From: a virus
Taxonomy: Duplodnaviria > Caudoviricetes
Length of the DNA stretch: 41,922 bases
Direction: 5' to 3' (one strand)
Virus record (IMG/VR): IMGVR_UViG_3300035562_000044
Location: 1-41,922 of that record
Shown: piece by piece, positions 27,587 through 35,661 of the stretch
How the letters are laid out: each line of letters begins with the position of its first letter
How positions within the stretch are numbered: position 1 is the first letter of the stretch
Made by a program: the position numbers and the translations under genes
Notes under the pieces: model-generated
What the model was told of the DNA's origin: nothing
The model's input: only the letters and a program-made list of their open reading frames with translations
The model's database searches: none

Positions 27587-28582
27587 CTATGAAATTGCGC
27601 CCTTGCCGATCGAGCGATCCAAAAAATCAAAAAGCACATCTATCTGGTTGCCGTATTCTTCCTCCCAGCGTGACACGTCACGATGCAATTCCCGATGGTG
27701 CTTATTGCAGAGCGGAAATGTGAATAAATCATGAGCCTTAGTCGCCCACCCCCCTTGCCCATGTCCGATGATGTGGTGAGGGTCGTCAGCCTGCTGACCA
27801 CAACAGACACAGGGCTGAGACTTAACCCACCGAGTGTATTTCTCACTTGTCCAACGCTCATGTTTAGGGATTTTCATGAATGACTTTGGCGGGGCCGGAT
27901 CGATAACTAGCGTCTTCACTGCCTTCTTAGCTATCTCCCTTATCTGTTGGCTCGGTGACAAGCTGGGGGTGATGTCAGCCTCTTTCCGTGGGCCTGATGG
28001 GATAGTGATTGGCTTTATGCGCAGTGATGCTGCTGCAACGTCCTCAGGTAGCAGATCGATTACCTCATTCAACCAGGCCCACCAACACAGCTCAGGCAAC
28101 GTCAGCTGGTGGCTCTCGTCGAACAAAAAGTAACTCCGCGCCCGGTACACCACGAAATCCGCTATGTTTTGGTCTGCCGTGGCGGAAAGCTCCGGCATGG
28201 TCTTATCGCGGTAAGAGTGCGAGTGGTGCCAGCATAATCGGATAGCGCCAGAGCCATAGCGCATCGTTTCCATGTTCTTGTCGTGGTACCCATCGGCGCA
28301 TTGGCGCTGGCAGTCAGGACGACGATCCAGCCAGCTCTCTAGGCTATTGATGCCACCAGCAGCGGAGAGCACACGCTCATGCTGGAAGAATGGACGGAAG
28401 CGCGGGTCAATGGCCAACTGCTGTTCAGTGGCCGGTAATGCGCCTGATGGCAGCTCCCGAAACTCCGCCGGTACAGTGGCCACCATCACCCGGTCGCCGA
28501 ACATCGCCAGCAGGTCAGTGCCTGGCTTTAAGATGACCTGCCCCAGTTCGCGAACAACGATCGGCTTCAGTATCCCTCTCAT
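27587..28582 (-). CDS. DUF968 (YdfU-like) protein with C-terminal HNH-like zinc domain
   Basis: LTLPELCWWA, YTRWVKSQPCVCC, ADDPHHIIGHG, PLCNKHHRELH. Confidence 0.88.
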   Translation of the reverse strand: MRGILKPIVVRELGQVILKPGTDLLAMFGDRVMVATVPAEFRELPSGALPATEQQLAIDPRFRPFFQHERVLSAAGGINSLESWLDRRPDCQRQCADGYHDKNMETMRYGSGAIRLCWHHSHSYRDKTMPELSATADQNIADFVVYRARSYFLFDESHQLTLPELCWWAWLNEVIDLLPEDVAAASLRIKPITIPSGPRKEADITPSLSPSQQIREIAKKAVKTLVIDPAPPKSFMKIPKHERWTSEKYTRWVKSQPCVCCGQQADDPHHIIGHGQGGWATKAHDLFTFPLCNKHHRELHRDVSRWEEEYGNQIDVLFDFLDRSIGKGAIS

Positions 28583-28950
28583 GCCTGCACCTCACTGATC
28601 CGCATCTCCACCTTGCCGCCCTTGGTCACCGGCCCCCACTTCGCATCGATGTGCTTGATCTGACTGTCATCGAGCCACACACCCGCCTGGGTCATGGCGT
28701 CAAACAGTGCCTTGAAGAAGCTATCCAAATCCATCCGGGCCTTAGTCGGCGGGAAGAACACCACAGTTACTGATATATCCGCGCTGATTGGTTTTGGTCG
28801 GCGGCGCAGTTGCTCCATAACCTGGGCAATGGCTTCTGTCTGGAATGCCCTGCCGCGCTCACTGACCAAAGTACGGCCTCGGGATGATCCCTTGTTTGGT
28901 GAACGCCAGTAGCCGTTAACACTGGGCGGGAATGGCAACGTTAAATTCAT
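28579..28950 (-). CDS. rusA: RusA family Holliday junction resolvase
   Basis: LPFPPSVNGYWR; DLDS..KAL.DA...DDSQI. Confidence 0.92.
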   Translation of the reverse strand: MNLTLPFPPSVNGYWRSPNKGSSRGRTLVSERGRAFQTEAIAQVMEQLRRRPKPISADISVTVVFFPPTKARMDLDSFFKALFDAMTQAGVWLDDSQIKHIDAKWGPVTKGGKVEMRISEVQA

Positions 28951-29516
28951 GCAGCCACCTCTGCCTTACCCGGTACCAGAATCACAGACTGATCGCACTG
29001 ATTACCCCAGGTATGCCAGCCGTCGGTATGATTACGGGCGAACAACTCAATGCGCGGTACATCGCCAAGCAGATCGACCAACTTTTCGCGGAAAACCTCA
29101 GGCTTTGCGCTGTGCTCCATTCGTGGTGCCGTAATGTGTTGGCAAATCGATGCATCCAGGCGCGGTGGCAATTTGCCCTTGACCGCAAACAGGCAGTCTT
29201 CGCTGTTGGCTCGGGTCATGTGGCCCATGCCAATTGCGCTATTCCCTTTCACACGGTTTGTTTTATGCCAGGTGAAGCCCTTCATTGTCATCAGGCGGAA
29301 CCCCCAGGCGTCGATCACCTTCAGTGCTTCCGTCGGCATCGTCGGTACCCACCACATGGCCAGCAGGCATGAATCAGCAGCCAGATCCCACACTGGTAAA
29401 CGGCAGATATCGGCAACCGTCATTGTTGGGTACTTGAAACCGGCACCGCGGTTGCCGTCTTTGCATTTGTCGCTGTAAGTCCACGCCGGATCGGCGTAAA
29501 TCAGTGGGTATTTCAT
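28947..29516 (-). CDS. MT-A70 family adenine methyltransferase
   Basis: IYADPAW (DPPW variant), YPTM, AWGF, FTWHK, GMGHMTRANSE, HSAKP, IELFAR, WGNQ. Confidence 0.92.
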   Translation of the reverse strand: MKYPLIYADPAWTYSDKCKDGNRGAGFKYPTMTVADICRLPVWDLAADSCLLAMWWVPTMPTEALKVIDAWGFRLMTMKGFTWHKTNRVKGNSAIGMGHMTRANSEDCLFAVKGKLPPRLDASICQHITAPRMEHSAKPEVFREKLVDLLGDVPRIELFARNHTDGWHTWGNQCDQSVILVPGKAEVAA

Positions 29517-29740
29517 TTCAAGCCCTCCGTCGCCCTTCGTACCAAATACCGGATCCCGTAGTAATCCCAGCCAAAGTGCTGGCGCTGCCAGTCTGTTAGC
29601 CATCCCTGCGAAATTGCGTATTTGCGAAAATCCCCGCGCTCCTGCCAAGTACGCCGTGCCTCACGTAACATCCACCAGCGATACACCCGTTGCGCCACGG
29701 CCAACAGAGGCAAAACCTCAATGCCTGATACACACTTCAT
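29513..29740 (-). CDS. Hypothetical protein
   Basis: ATGA-coupled to neighbours on both sides. Confidence 0.7.
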   Translation of the reverse strand: MKCVSGIEVLPLLAVAQRVYRWWMLREARRTWQERGDFRKYAISQGWLTDWQRQHFGWDYYGIRYLVRRATEGLK

Positions 29741-30081
29741 GCGGCTTGCTCCTCTACGGCTACCAGGCGGTAGAAATACACATACTTCCCTGACTCGCTT
29801 TTCTCGACCCGACGTTCCTTAACCAGGCCCTGGAATGGTTTGCTGAACTCACGTAGGCGGGCACTGATAGCTGGCTGCGTGTCATACACGCCGTACATCT
29901 GCACCACCAGCAGCTCAAGGTCGCGGAGTGTGCGCCACGTGGCACCGGCGGCAGCATTACGTACACGGCATACCTGGCTTTCTGGCTTATCTTTCAGGAC
30001 ACCTGCACGAACCAGACGGCGGATGCCGCTGTTTATGCGGTCGCTTTCGAATACGTCCACCGGGATCGTTAACTTTTTCAT
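29737..30081 (-). CDS. Hypothetical protein, probable winged-helix DNA binder
   Basis: WRTLRDL...TQPAISARLRE...YFYRL; ATGA-coupled to the DnaC-like gene. Confidence 0.7.
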   Translation of the reverse strand: MKKLTIPVDVFESDRINSGIRRLVRAGVLKDKPESQVCRVRNAAAGATWRTLRDLELLVVQMYGVYDTQPAISARLREFSKPFQGLVKERRVEKSESGKYVYFYRLVAVEEQAA

Positions 30082-30815
30082 ACCTTGCCCCCTTTGCGGC
30101 TCCGCATGCTGGCCCATGTGAATGGCACCCAGATGCCTCCGTCAGTCTGGCGATCCATAATCCGATCACCGATCATCCCCACCATTTCCACGTAGGTTTT
30201 GTTTGTCAGCATGCCGGTTGGCTTCAACTGCAACTGGCGACGGTCTACGATGTTGGTCAGTAGGTTGATCTCGTAGTCACTGCCCTTCTGCAGCCCCACT
30301 TCGTCCAGCACCAACAAATCCAGCCGACAAAGGTCACGCAGCAGATCAGCTTCTCTCACTGGGCTGTCCTTGCTGAACGTGGCACGGTGGTTTTCAAACA
30401 ACTCAGCTACCGTCATGACCATTGCAGAGTGGCCGCTATCAATCAGCTCTCGCGCCATAGCGCTGGCCAGGTGGTTTTTTCCGGTACCGGTGTTACCCGA
30501 GAAAATGAAGCCGCCATGTGTCTTACCAAATGACGCCACATACCCCTTGGCGGCATCCAACGCAGCCTGCTGTTCTGGGCATTCCACAACGTAATTGCTG
30601 AACGAGCATTTCTCGTGCAGAGGTTGGATGCCAGAGCGGCCAATGATTTTTTCCATACGGGCCTGGCGGTTCCGATCCGTGATCAGCTGGTTAGACTTTT
30701 GCGCCTCTTCGGCCTGAAATTTCTTCCACCCTTCCACCGTCTCAAAGCGTGGCTGCACGTGTGCTGGTTTCAGTGCCAGCAGCCGCGCCATCAGGTCAGT
30801 TGACGTTGACATCAT
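30078..30815 (-). CDS. DnaC/IstB-like helicase loader ATPase
   Basis: Walker A GNTGTGKNHLA, Walker B LLVLDEVG, RIMDR, FTWAS.R. Confidence 0.93.
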   Translation of the reverse strand: MMSTSTDLMARLLALKPAHVQPRFETVEGWKKFQAEEAQKSNQLITDRNRQARMEKIIGRSGIQPLHEKCSFSNYVVECPEQQAALDAAKGYVASFGKTHGGFIFSGNTGTGKNHLASAMARELIDSGHSAMVMTVAELFENHRATFSKDSPVREADLLRDLCRLDLLVLDEVGLQKGSDYEINLLTNIVDRRQLQLKPTGMLTNKTYVEMVGMIGDRIMDRQTDGGIWVPFTWASMRSRKGGKV

Positions 30816-31716
30816 GATCACCTCCAGGGGTTGATAAGCCATTGCTGAAGCCCGGCGGGATAGCGCCAGAGGCAGGTGTTACGCGGTGGTTGGTGCTGGT
30901 CTGCCATTTCCCGGCAATGCACTTAGGGCGGCCCTTTTTGTCCCACTTGGTGGCGCTGCTCAGGTAGCCTTCGAACTTGCTCGGGATGAACAACGTGGTT
31001 GGCCGGATGTAATCACTCATGTCCTGCAGGTCACCCCAATGTTCCTGCTTGTAGTCCACGACAAGGCACAGGTCATGACTGGAATAACCGTCGCGCAGTC
31101 TGGCCCGGATATTCTCCAGAGAACTTTTCGAGGTTTGGTAGCGTGAGCCGGTTACCAGGTTCAGGTGTTTTAAAACGTCCTTGGCCTGGTCCGTGATCAA
31201 TACTTCAGGGTCGGTCTGCGCAGCAGGCTGACAAGTAGGTTTTCTACCTGATGGATCTTGTTTTGAATTTACTGACGGATCCCCCCCAGATTCTGGCGGG
31301 TGAGAACTGCCTTTTTTGGTGTTTTCTGAACGGTCGGATTCTGAACGTTCAGATCCTGACATGTCAGATTTTGAATGGTCAGATCCTGACGTGTCAGAAA
31401 CTGAATGGTGAGACTCGATGCTTAATGCTGCTGCTTTCAGCTTTGGTACATTCAGGGTGTAAATATTGCTGTCGTTGCGCTGCCCTCTGCGGCGTTCCTT
31501 GCGTGTCAGCCATCCATCCCTTTCTAATTCGCCGATCGCCGTGGTGACCGTACTCCGGCCAGCCCCGATCTCACGTGCGATTTTTTCAATACCCGGATAG
31601 CAAATCCCCTCATCACTTGAGAAGTCGGCCAGGCGTAGCATTACAAGCAGCTTCGTACCCTTCACACCGTGCGCAGCGCAGCCGTCCCAGACGTAACTTG
31701 AGACTTTCACGCTCAT
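30796..31716 (-). CDS. Replication initiator (N-terminal HTH, conserved phage C-terminal domain)
   Basis: LRLADFSSDEGICYPGI..IARE; YIRPTTLF..KFEGYL; internal iterons. Confidence 0.9.
   Translation of the reverse strand: MSVKVSSYVWDGCAAHGVKGTKLLVMLRLADFSSDEGICYPGIEKIAREIGAGRSTVTTAIGELERDGWLTRKERRRGQRNDSNIYTLNVPKLKAAALSIESHHSVSDTSGSDHSKSDMSGSERSESDRSENTKKGSSHPPESGGDPSVNSKQDPSGRKPTCQPAAQTDPEVLITDQAKDVLKHLNLVTGSRYQTSKSSLENIRARLRDGYSSHDLCLVVDYKQEHWGDLQDMSDYIRPTTLFIPSKFEGYLSSATKWDKKGRPKCIAGKWQTSTNHRVTPASGAIPPGFSNGLSTPGGDHDVNVN
31325..31414. repeat. Replication origin iterons: six tandem 15-bp quasi-palindromic units
   Basis: tctgaacggtcggat / tctgaacgttcagat / cctgacatgtcagat / tttgaatggtcagat / cctgacgtgtcagaa / actgaatggtgagac inside the initiator gene, next to T-rich DNA. 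Confidence 0.8.
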
Positions 31717-31907
31717 ACGGCAGCCCCCGGTGCTGGCAGCGCCAAATATTTAAAGCGAGCCACAACTTCCTGTAGCGCGCTGTGGGTGACAGGCAACCAA
31801 CCACCCGGTATTCTCATCACATAACGCAACGGCACCGGCGGTTTAGCGCAGCTTGCAGCTACACAACGAAATTGCCCACGCAAACGAGATTCTGTTAATC
31901 TGTTCAT
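31713..31907 (-). CDS. Hypothetical protein
   Basis: Fills the gap between the YmfL-like gene and initiator, ATGA overlap, GGAG RBS. Confidence 0.6.
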   Translation of the reverse strand: MNRLTESRLRGQFRCVAASCAKPPVPLRYVMRIPGGWLPVTHSALQEVVARFKYLALPAPGAAV

Positions 31908-31914
31908 GCGTTAA

Positions 31915-32448
31915 TTACTCCACACGTTTAGTTAATGCGCCCGACGCCACAGACCGCATATCTGTGGCGTCACCCTCTCCAAATAACATCTCTGTAACGA
32001 CCATGATCTCCGCCACCAAACACTGAACCCGGTAGCCCTTGGCTTTCATGCGCTTGCTTTCTTCGCGATCCAGAACACCGTCTGAAGTTGACTCGTTGTG
32101 GAATCGCGCAAACTGGCCGAGAGACGCCAGCAGATCATTGAATTTGTAAAGCAGCTCCTCATTGCCCATCTGCTCGATTTCCGGCAGTTTCACGAACACT
32201 CCACCAGCACGTTTGCACATTGCCTCAGTGATATCGGTTCTTCCTGATTCAGCTTCCATCTCTACGGCCATTCCTAGCGGTACTACCTGGCCGGAAACCT
32301 GCCGTACTCGATTACGCAATGCGTTTTCAGTTCCATTCTCTTGGTCTAGTCGTTTGGCCATGGCGCTGTATTTGCCTGGGAACTGAGTGATCAGCTTGTG
32401 TATCGCGTCACTGATGTCGTCCTGGGTAGGAAAGTCTTTGTTGTCCAC
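31915..32448 (-). CDS. YmfL-family putative regulator (CII position)
   Basis: AIHKLI..FPGKYSAMA..L...ALRNRVR...GGVFV.LP...DGVLD..E; follows cro. Confidence 0.8.
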   Translation of the reverse strand: MDNKDFPTQDDISDAIHKLITQFPGKYSAMAKRLDQENGTENALRNRVRQVSGQVVPLGMAVEMEAESGRTDITEAMCKRAGGVFVKLPEIEQMGNEELLYKFNDLLASLGQFARFHNESTSDGVLDREESKRMKAKGYRVQCLVAEIMVVTEMLFGEGDATDMRSVASGALTKRVE

Positions 32449-32475
32449 AAGGTTTCTCCGCTTCTGTGGTTTTTG

Positions 32476-32718
32476 TTACGCCTCAGGGGCAGTAGCCTTA
32501 AGCTCTGGCCAAATCTTGTCCCAGTCGTTCGGGTGTAACGACTGTCGGCTTATCTGGTTGAAAGAATGTTTTTCGATGAGAACGCAAAGAGCTGGCCCTA
32601 ATTCATGGTTTTTACTGATGGCCTTTCGCAGGTAGCCAAGCGAAGTACCGCATTTAGAAGCGAATTCTTTTTGCATGCTCAGGGACATTGCGTTTAGAAA
32701 GCTCCGTAGCTCGTCCAT
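32476..32718 (-). CDS. Cro-like repressor (YdaS-like HTH)
   Basis: FASKCGTSLGYLRK...LCVLIE...LHPNDW..IWPEL; divergent from cI. Confidence 0.88.
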   Translation of the reverse strand: MDELRSFLNAMSLSMQKEFASKCGTSLGYLRKAISKNHELGPALCVLIEKHSFNQISRQSLHPNDWDKIWPELKATAPEA

Positions 32719-32749
32719 ATCTGTTCCTAAGTTGAATTTAACAATGCCA

Positions 32750-32818
32750 AGTATACCTATGGGTAATCTTTTATCAATACCAAAAGGGCATTTACCAGAT
32801 GGTAATTTTTAGTACGAT
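32750..32818. promoter_or_regulatory. Right operator with pR and pRM
   Basis: TACC-N4-GGTA operators at 32754-32765 and 32793-32804, degenerate one at 32778-32789; pR (minus) TTGATA-16-TATACT; pRM (plus) TTTACC-16-TACGAT. Confidence 0.75.
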
Positions 32819-32824
32819 GATTTC

Positions 32825-33511
32825 ATGAAAGATGATCAGAAAACCCAGCTACAGGAAATGCGCAGAGAGCGCCTTTCTACTCTTGTCAGTGAACTAGGTG
32901 TCGGTGGGCAACGACGCCTTGCAGAAGCGCTTGGCATCGCCGCAGACTATGTTTCAAGGATGCTTTACCCACCCGGCAAGAAAGGCAAAAAAGGAATTAG
33001 CGGAGACATGGCCAGAAAAATTGAACAGTTTTTCTCTGTTCAAATTGGTTGGCTGGATGGTATAGAGCAAGCAGCTAGTAGTGTCAGCCCAAAAGATCTC
33101 CCCCTGAACTCGGTGTCATCTATAAAAGTTTTACCTTTGCTAGATTGGGTATTACCCCTTTCTCATGAACAAATAACGAAAGGTAAAACAGTAAAATATC
33201 CAGCAATGGTTGATTGCAGCTCTTCCGCATACTGGTTAGAGGTCAGAGATGACACGATGAGCGGCTCTGTAAACATCAACTATCCAAAAGGATCATTAAT
33301 CCTAGTTGAACCAATTAGTTATGGTAGAACCGAACTGATGTCTGGTGATAAAGTTATCGCTAAGAAATGCGATACAGACGATCTGACGTTTAAAATTTAT
33401 GTCGAGGATGCTGGGCATAAATGGCTAAAAGGGATAATGCCTGGTTACCCAACTCTAAATGGTGAAGATTACATATTACTTGGCTTAGTTCTTGGCGCTT
33501 GGCTTCGTTGA
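32825..33511 (+). CDS. CI repressor (HTH + degenerate S24 peptidase domain)
   Basis: N-terminal HTH; C-terminal half resembles P22 c2 (VDCS..AYWL.V..D.M...P.G.LILV.P...TFK..V.DAG.K.LK...P.YP). Confidence 0.92.
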   Translation: MKDDQKTQLQEMRRERLSTLVSELGVGGQRRLAEALGIAADYVSRMLYPPGKKGKKGISGDMARKIEQFFSVQIGWLDGIEQAASSVSPKDLPLNSVSSIKVLPLLDWVLPLSHEQITKGKTVKYPAMVDCSSSAYWLEVRDDTMSGSVNINYPKGSLILVEPISYGRTELMSGDKVIAKKCDTDDLTFKIYVEDAGHKWLKGIMPGYPTLNGEDYILLGLVLGAWLR

Positions 33512-33534
33512 GAAGTCCCTATCACCTGTGAAAT

Positions 33535-33559
33535 AACCGACCTTGTGTCGGTTTTTTTT
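33535..33559 (+). terminator. Terminator after cI
   Basis: AACCGACcttgtGTCGGTTTTTTTT. Confidence 0.8.
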
Positions 33560-33629
33560 CGTCCATAATTCTTCCAAAAAAATAAATAACCTTAATTATC
33601 AATAACATTATCGAAAAATAAAAATAGAT

Positions 33630-33670
33630 TACCATTTGGTATTGATAAATAAATTACCCAAAGGTATGTT
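33630..33670 (+). promoter_or_regulatory. Left operator and pL
   Basis: TACC-N4-GGTA at 33630-33641 and 33655-33666; TTGATA-17-TATGTT. Confidence 0.8.
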
Positions 33671-33752
33671 TTATACATCGGCAGCGAGCAGACAAGACCC
33701 CCACGAAGATCGGGATGATTCGCTTACCAGGTTCACAGCAGAGGGTTAAACA

Positions 33753-33932
33753 GTGGCACTTTCATTCACAGTTTTAGCAGGCAAGCCGGATAGCGACGAC
33801 GGCGGATATTGCGAGAACATCAAGTTCTGTGATGACGCTGAAAGCTTCGAAGCGGCTCAGAAAATTATTTCGGATAACAAGCTTTATACGTACCCGATTT
33901 GCCGCATTGAAGTAACCGGTTTCAGTAGTTAA
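33753..33932 (+). CDS. 59-aa hypothetical protein, first gene of pL operon (absent from ORF track)
   Basis: GAGGG RBS, GTG start; MALSFTVLAGKPDSDDGGYCENIKFCDDAESFEAAQKIISDNKLYTYPICRIEVTGFSS. Confidence 0.7.
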   Translation: MALSFTVLAGKPDSDDGGYCENIKFCDDAESFEAAQKIISDNKLYTYPICRIEVTGFSS

Positions 33933-33939
33933 CACCGTA

Positions 33940-34255
33940 TGCGCCGCGTCGGCGGCACTGCAGCGAAAGCAAGCGCAGATATCCGACGGAGTTTTGCTGT
34001 GTGTAGTGAAGCCTTTGCGGCTGCTCTGGGTTGGTGTCAGCCGCATTTTTTTACACATGAGGTGGCGTACTGTTCCGGGAATTCCTTTTAATCCTACACA
34101 GTATAAAAGCCCGGCGCGGTGCGCCACCTGATGTGTGAGTAATTAACGGGAGCCAGCGCTATGCGGGCGTCTGGCCTCCATTCTTAAAACCCGATTTTCT
34201 ATCTGCGAAAAGTTGCCAATTCTGGCAGGGCTTCGCTTTGCCGAAAATCAGTGTG
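33940..34255 (+). ncRNA. Putative structured RNA region of the pL transcript (five stem-loops including a terminator at 34016-34052)
   Basis: Stems cgtcgg/ccgacg; tgcggctg/cagccgca+T7; acacat.aggtggcgtactgt/gcggtgcgccacct.atgtgt; ggagccag/ctggcctcc; gattttc/gaaaatc. Confidence 0.55.
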
Positions 34256-34267
34256 GGGTAATTAACG

Positions 34268-34888
34268 ATGATCAACACAATCACGATCGACACAGAAACA
34301 ATGGACGTTCAAGCGTCAGCGGTGATCCTCTCTATCGGTGGTTTTGCTTTTGATATCGAAGATGTTGATGGCGTGCAGGACTCAATTATTGAGGTGGCTC
34401 GTAACCCAGAGCTGGCTGATTATTCCAAGACTGCATTTTACGGGCTGGTTGATACCTTTGGTCAACTGATGCAAGGCCGAACTGTCAGCGCAGAAACCCA
34501 GAAATGGTGGATCAAGCAGGATGAGGATGCCCATGAAGCATTAGCTGGTCATCGGGAACCATTAAGCCAAACGCTGGTTAACCTCACGTCATGGATTCAA
34601 CAACACCCAGGCGCACGCATATTTTTCCGTGGTACCGATTTTGATGGCTCAATCCTAGAAAATGCTTACCGCATTTGCGGGTTAACTTGTCCTTGGCACT
34701 TTGCCGGTAAACGTGATGTTCGCACTTACATTGATGCCATGGCTAAAGCGCAAAAAGGCTACCTGCCTAAAACCCACCAGCCATGCTTCGCGATGGTTAA
34801 GCATAACTCCCTTCATGACGCCATGAACGATGCAGAACAGATGGCCATTGCCTATCAGCTGAATAGCCAACAGGTAGGTGCAGTATGA
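34268..34888 (+). CDS. DEDDh 3'-5' exonuclease (Rv2179c/DUF5051-like)
   Basis: IDTET, ILSIG, WW.KQ, DFD..IL, RDVRT, HNSLHDA. Confidence 0.88.
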   Translation: MINTITIDTETMDVQASAVILSIGGFAFDIEDVDGVQDSIIEVARNPELADYSKTAFYGLVDTFGQLMQGRTVSAETQKWWIKQDEDAHEALAGHREPLSQTLVNLTSWIQQHPGARIFFRGTDFDGSILENAYRICGLTCPWHFAGKRDVRTYIDAMAKAQKGYLPKTHQPCFAMVKHNSLHDAMNDAEQMAIAYQLNSQQVGAV

Positions 34889-35172
34889 ACGATGTGTTGA
34901 CCTACGAAGCCCTGAAGGCTGAGCGCGATGCGGCGCTACAAGCGATAGCCGCGATGTACGAGGCTGTGACCGGGGAATACCCCGAGTGGAGCAACTGGCA
35001 CGCATACCTTGATGACATTGTTGAGGAAGTGGACGCAGCCCTTTCCGCTGTAAGGGCGCAAGCAATTGAAGATGCAGTGAAGCAGGTTCTTAGTGTGGAC
35101 ACGGTCGCATCAACTGTTGTGATTTCTCAGTTATTGCGTGTATATGCCAACGAGCTGCGGGAGGGTAAATAA
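34885..35172 (+). CDS. Hypothetical early protein
   Basis: ATGA-coupled; VRAQAIE...YANELREG end typical of lambdoid early ORFs. Confidence 0.75.
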   Translation: MNDVLTYEALKAERDAALQAIAAMYEAVTGEYPEWSNWHAYLDDIVEEVDAALSAVRAQAIEDAVKQVLSVDTVASTVVISQLLRVYANELREGK

Positions 35173-35173
35173 C

Positions 35174-35470
35174 ATGGCCTGTAATTGCTTTGAAAAAACA
35201 GCAGCGCTGTTCAAACAACGCATTTCTGAGAAGGTCGGCAATGCGCTTGGTGAGATTGAAGATGCTGGATTCGAGCACTCCCTCTACAGCTTCAACGGTG
35301 TCGATCATTCCCCGGTAGCGATGAATTTCAAGTTTCGCTATTACCGCAAGCGTAAGGGTGGCGGACTCGCTGCCAACCAGACCAAAGCAGATCACCTTTG
35401 CATGATGAGTTACTGCCCTCTCTGTGGAACGAAATTCGAAGGCGACGAAAAGCCGCAGGTGGCCAAATGA
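35174..35470 (+). CDS. Hypothetical zinc-binding protein
   Basis: CxC N-terminus and YCPLCG C-terminus; GAGG RBS. Confidence 0.75.
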   Translation: MACNCFEKTAALFKQRISEKVGNALGEIEDAGFEHSLYSFNGVDHSPVAMNFKFRYYRKRKGGGLAANQTKADHLCMMSYCPLCGTKFEGDEKPQVAK

Positions 35471-35661
35471 AAGAGCTAAATTTTTGCCCATCCGACCCTG
35501 ACAAAATGAAGCTTCCCGCAGGCAAAACCTGCGGAGATTGCGGACATATACGCCGTTGCAAAGCGATTTTCGGCCACGTTGAAACTGATACGTATTGTGA
35601 CTGGTCGCCATCTCGCGCGGTGTTCATGGACAAGATGGAGGTGCGTGATGCCAGCAAATAA
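35467..35661 (+). CDS. Hypothetical Cys-rich protein
   Basis: MKLPAGKTCGDC.H..RC...YCDWSPSR; ATGA-coupled. Confidence 0.75.
   Translation: MKELNFCPSDPDKMKLPAGKTCGDCGHIRRCKAIFGHVETDTYCDWSPSRAVFMDKMEVRDASK

Noticed and set aside
31325-31414. Possible CRISPR-like array
   Set aside because: Repeats are contiguous without spacers and lie inside the initiator gene, as expected for iterons; no cas genes
33774-34127. 117-aa minus-strand ORF in the pL leader
   Set aside because: Opposite to pL, overlaps a better-supported 59-aa gene and RNA stems, no clear RBS
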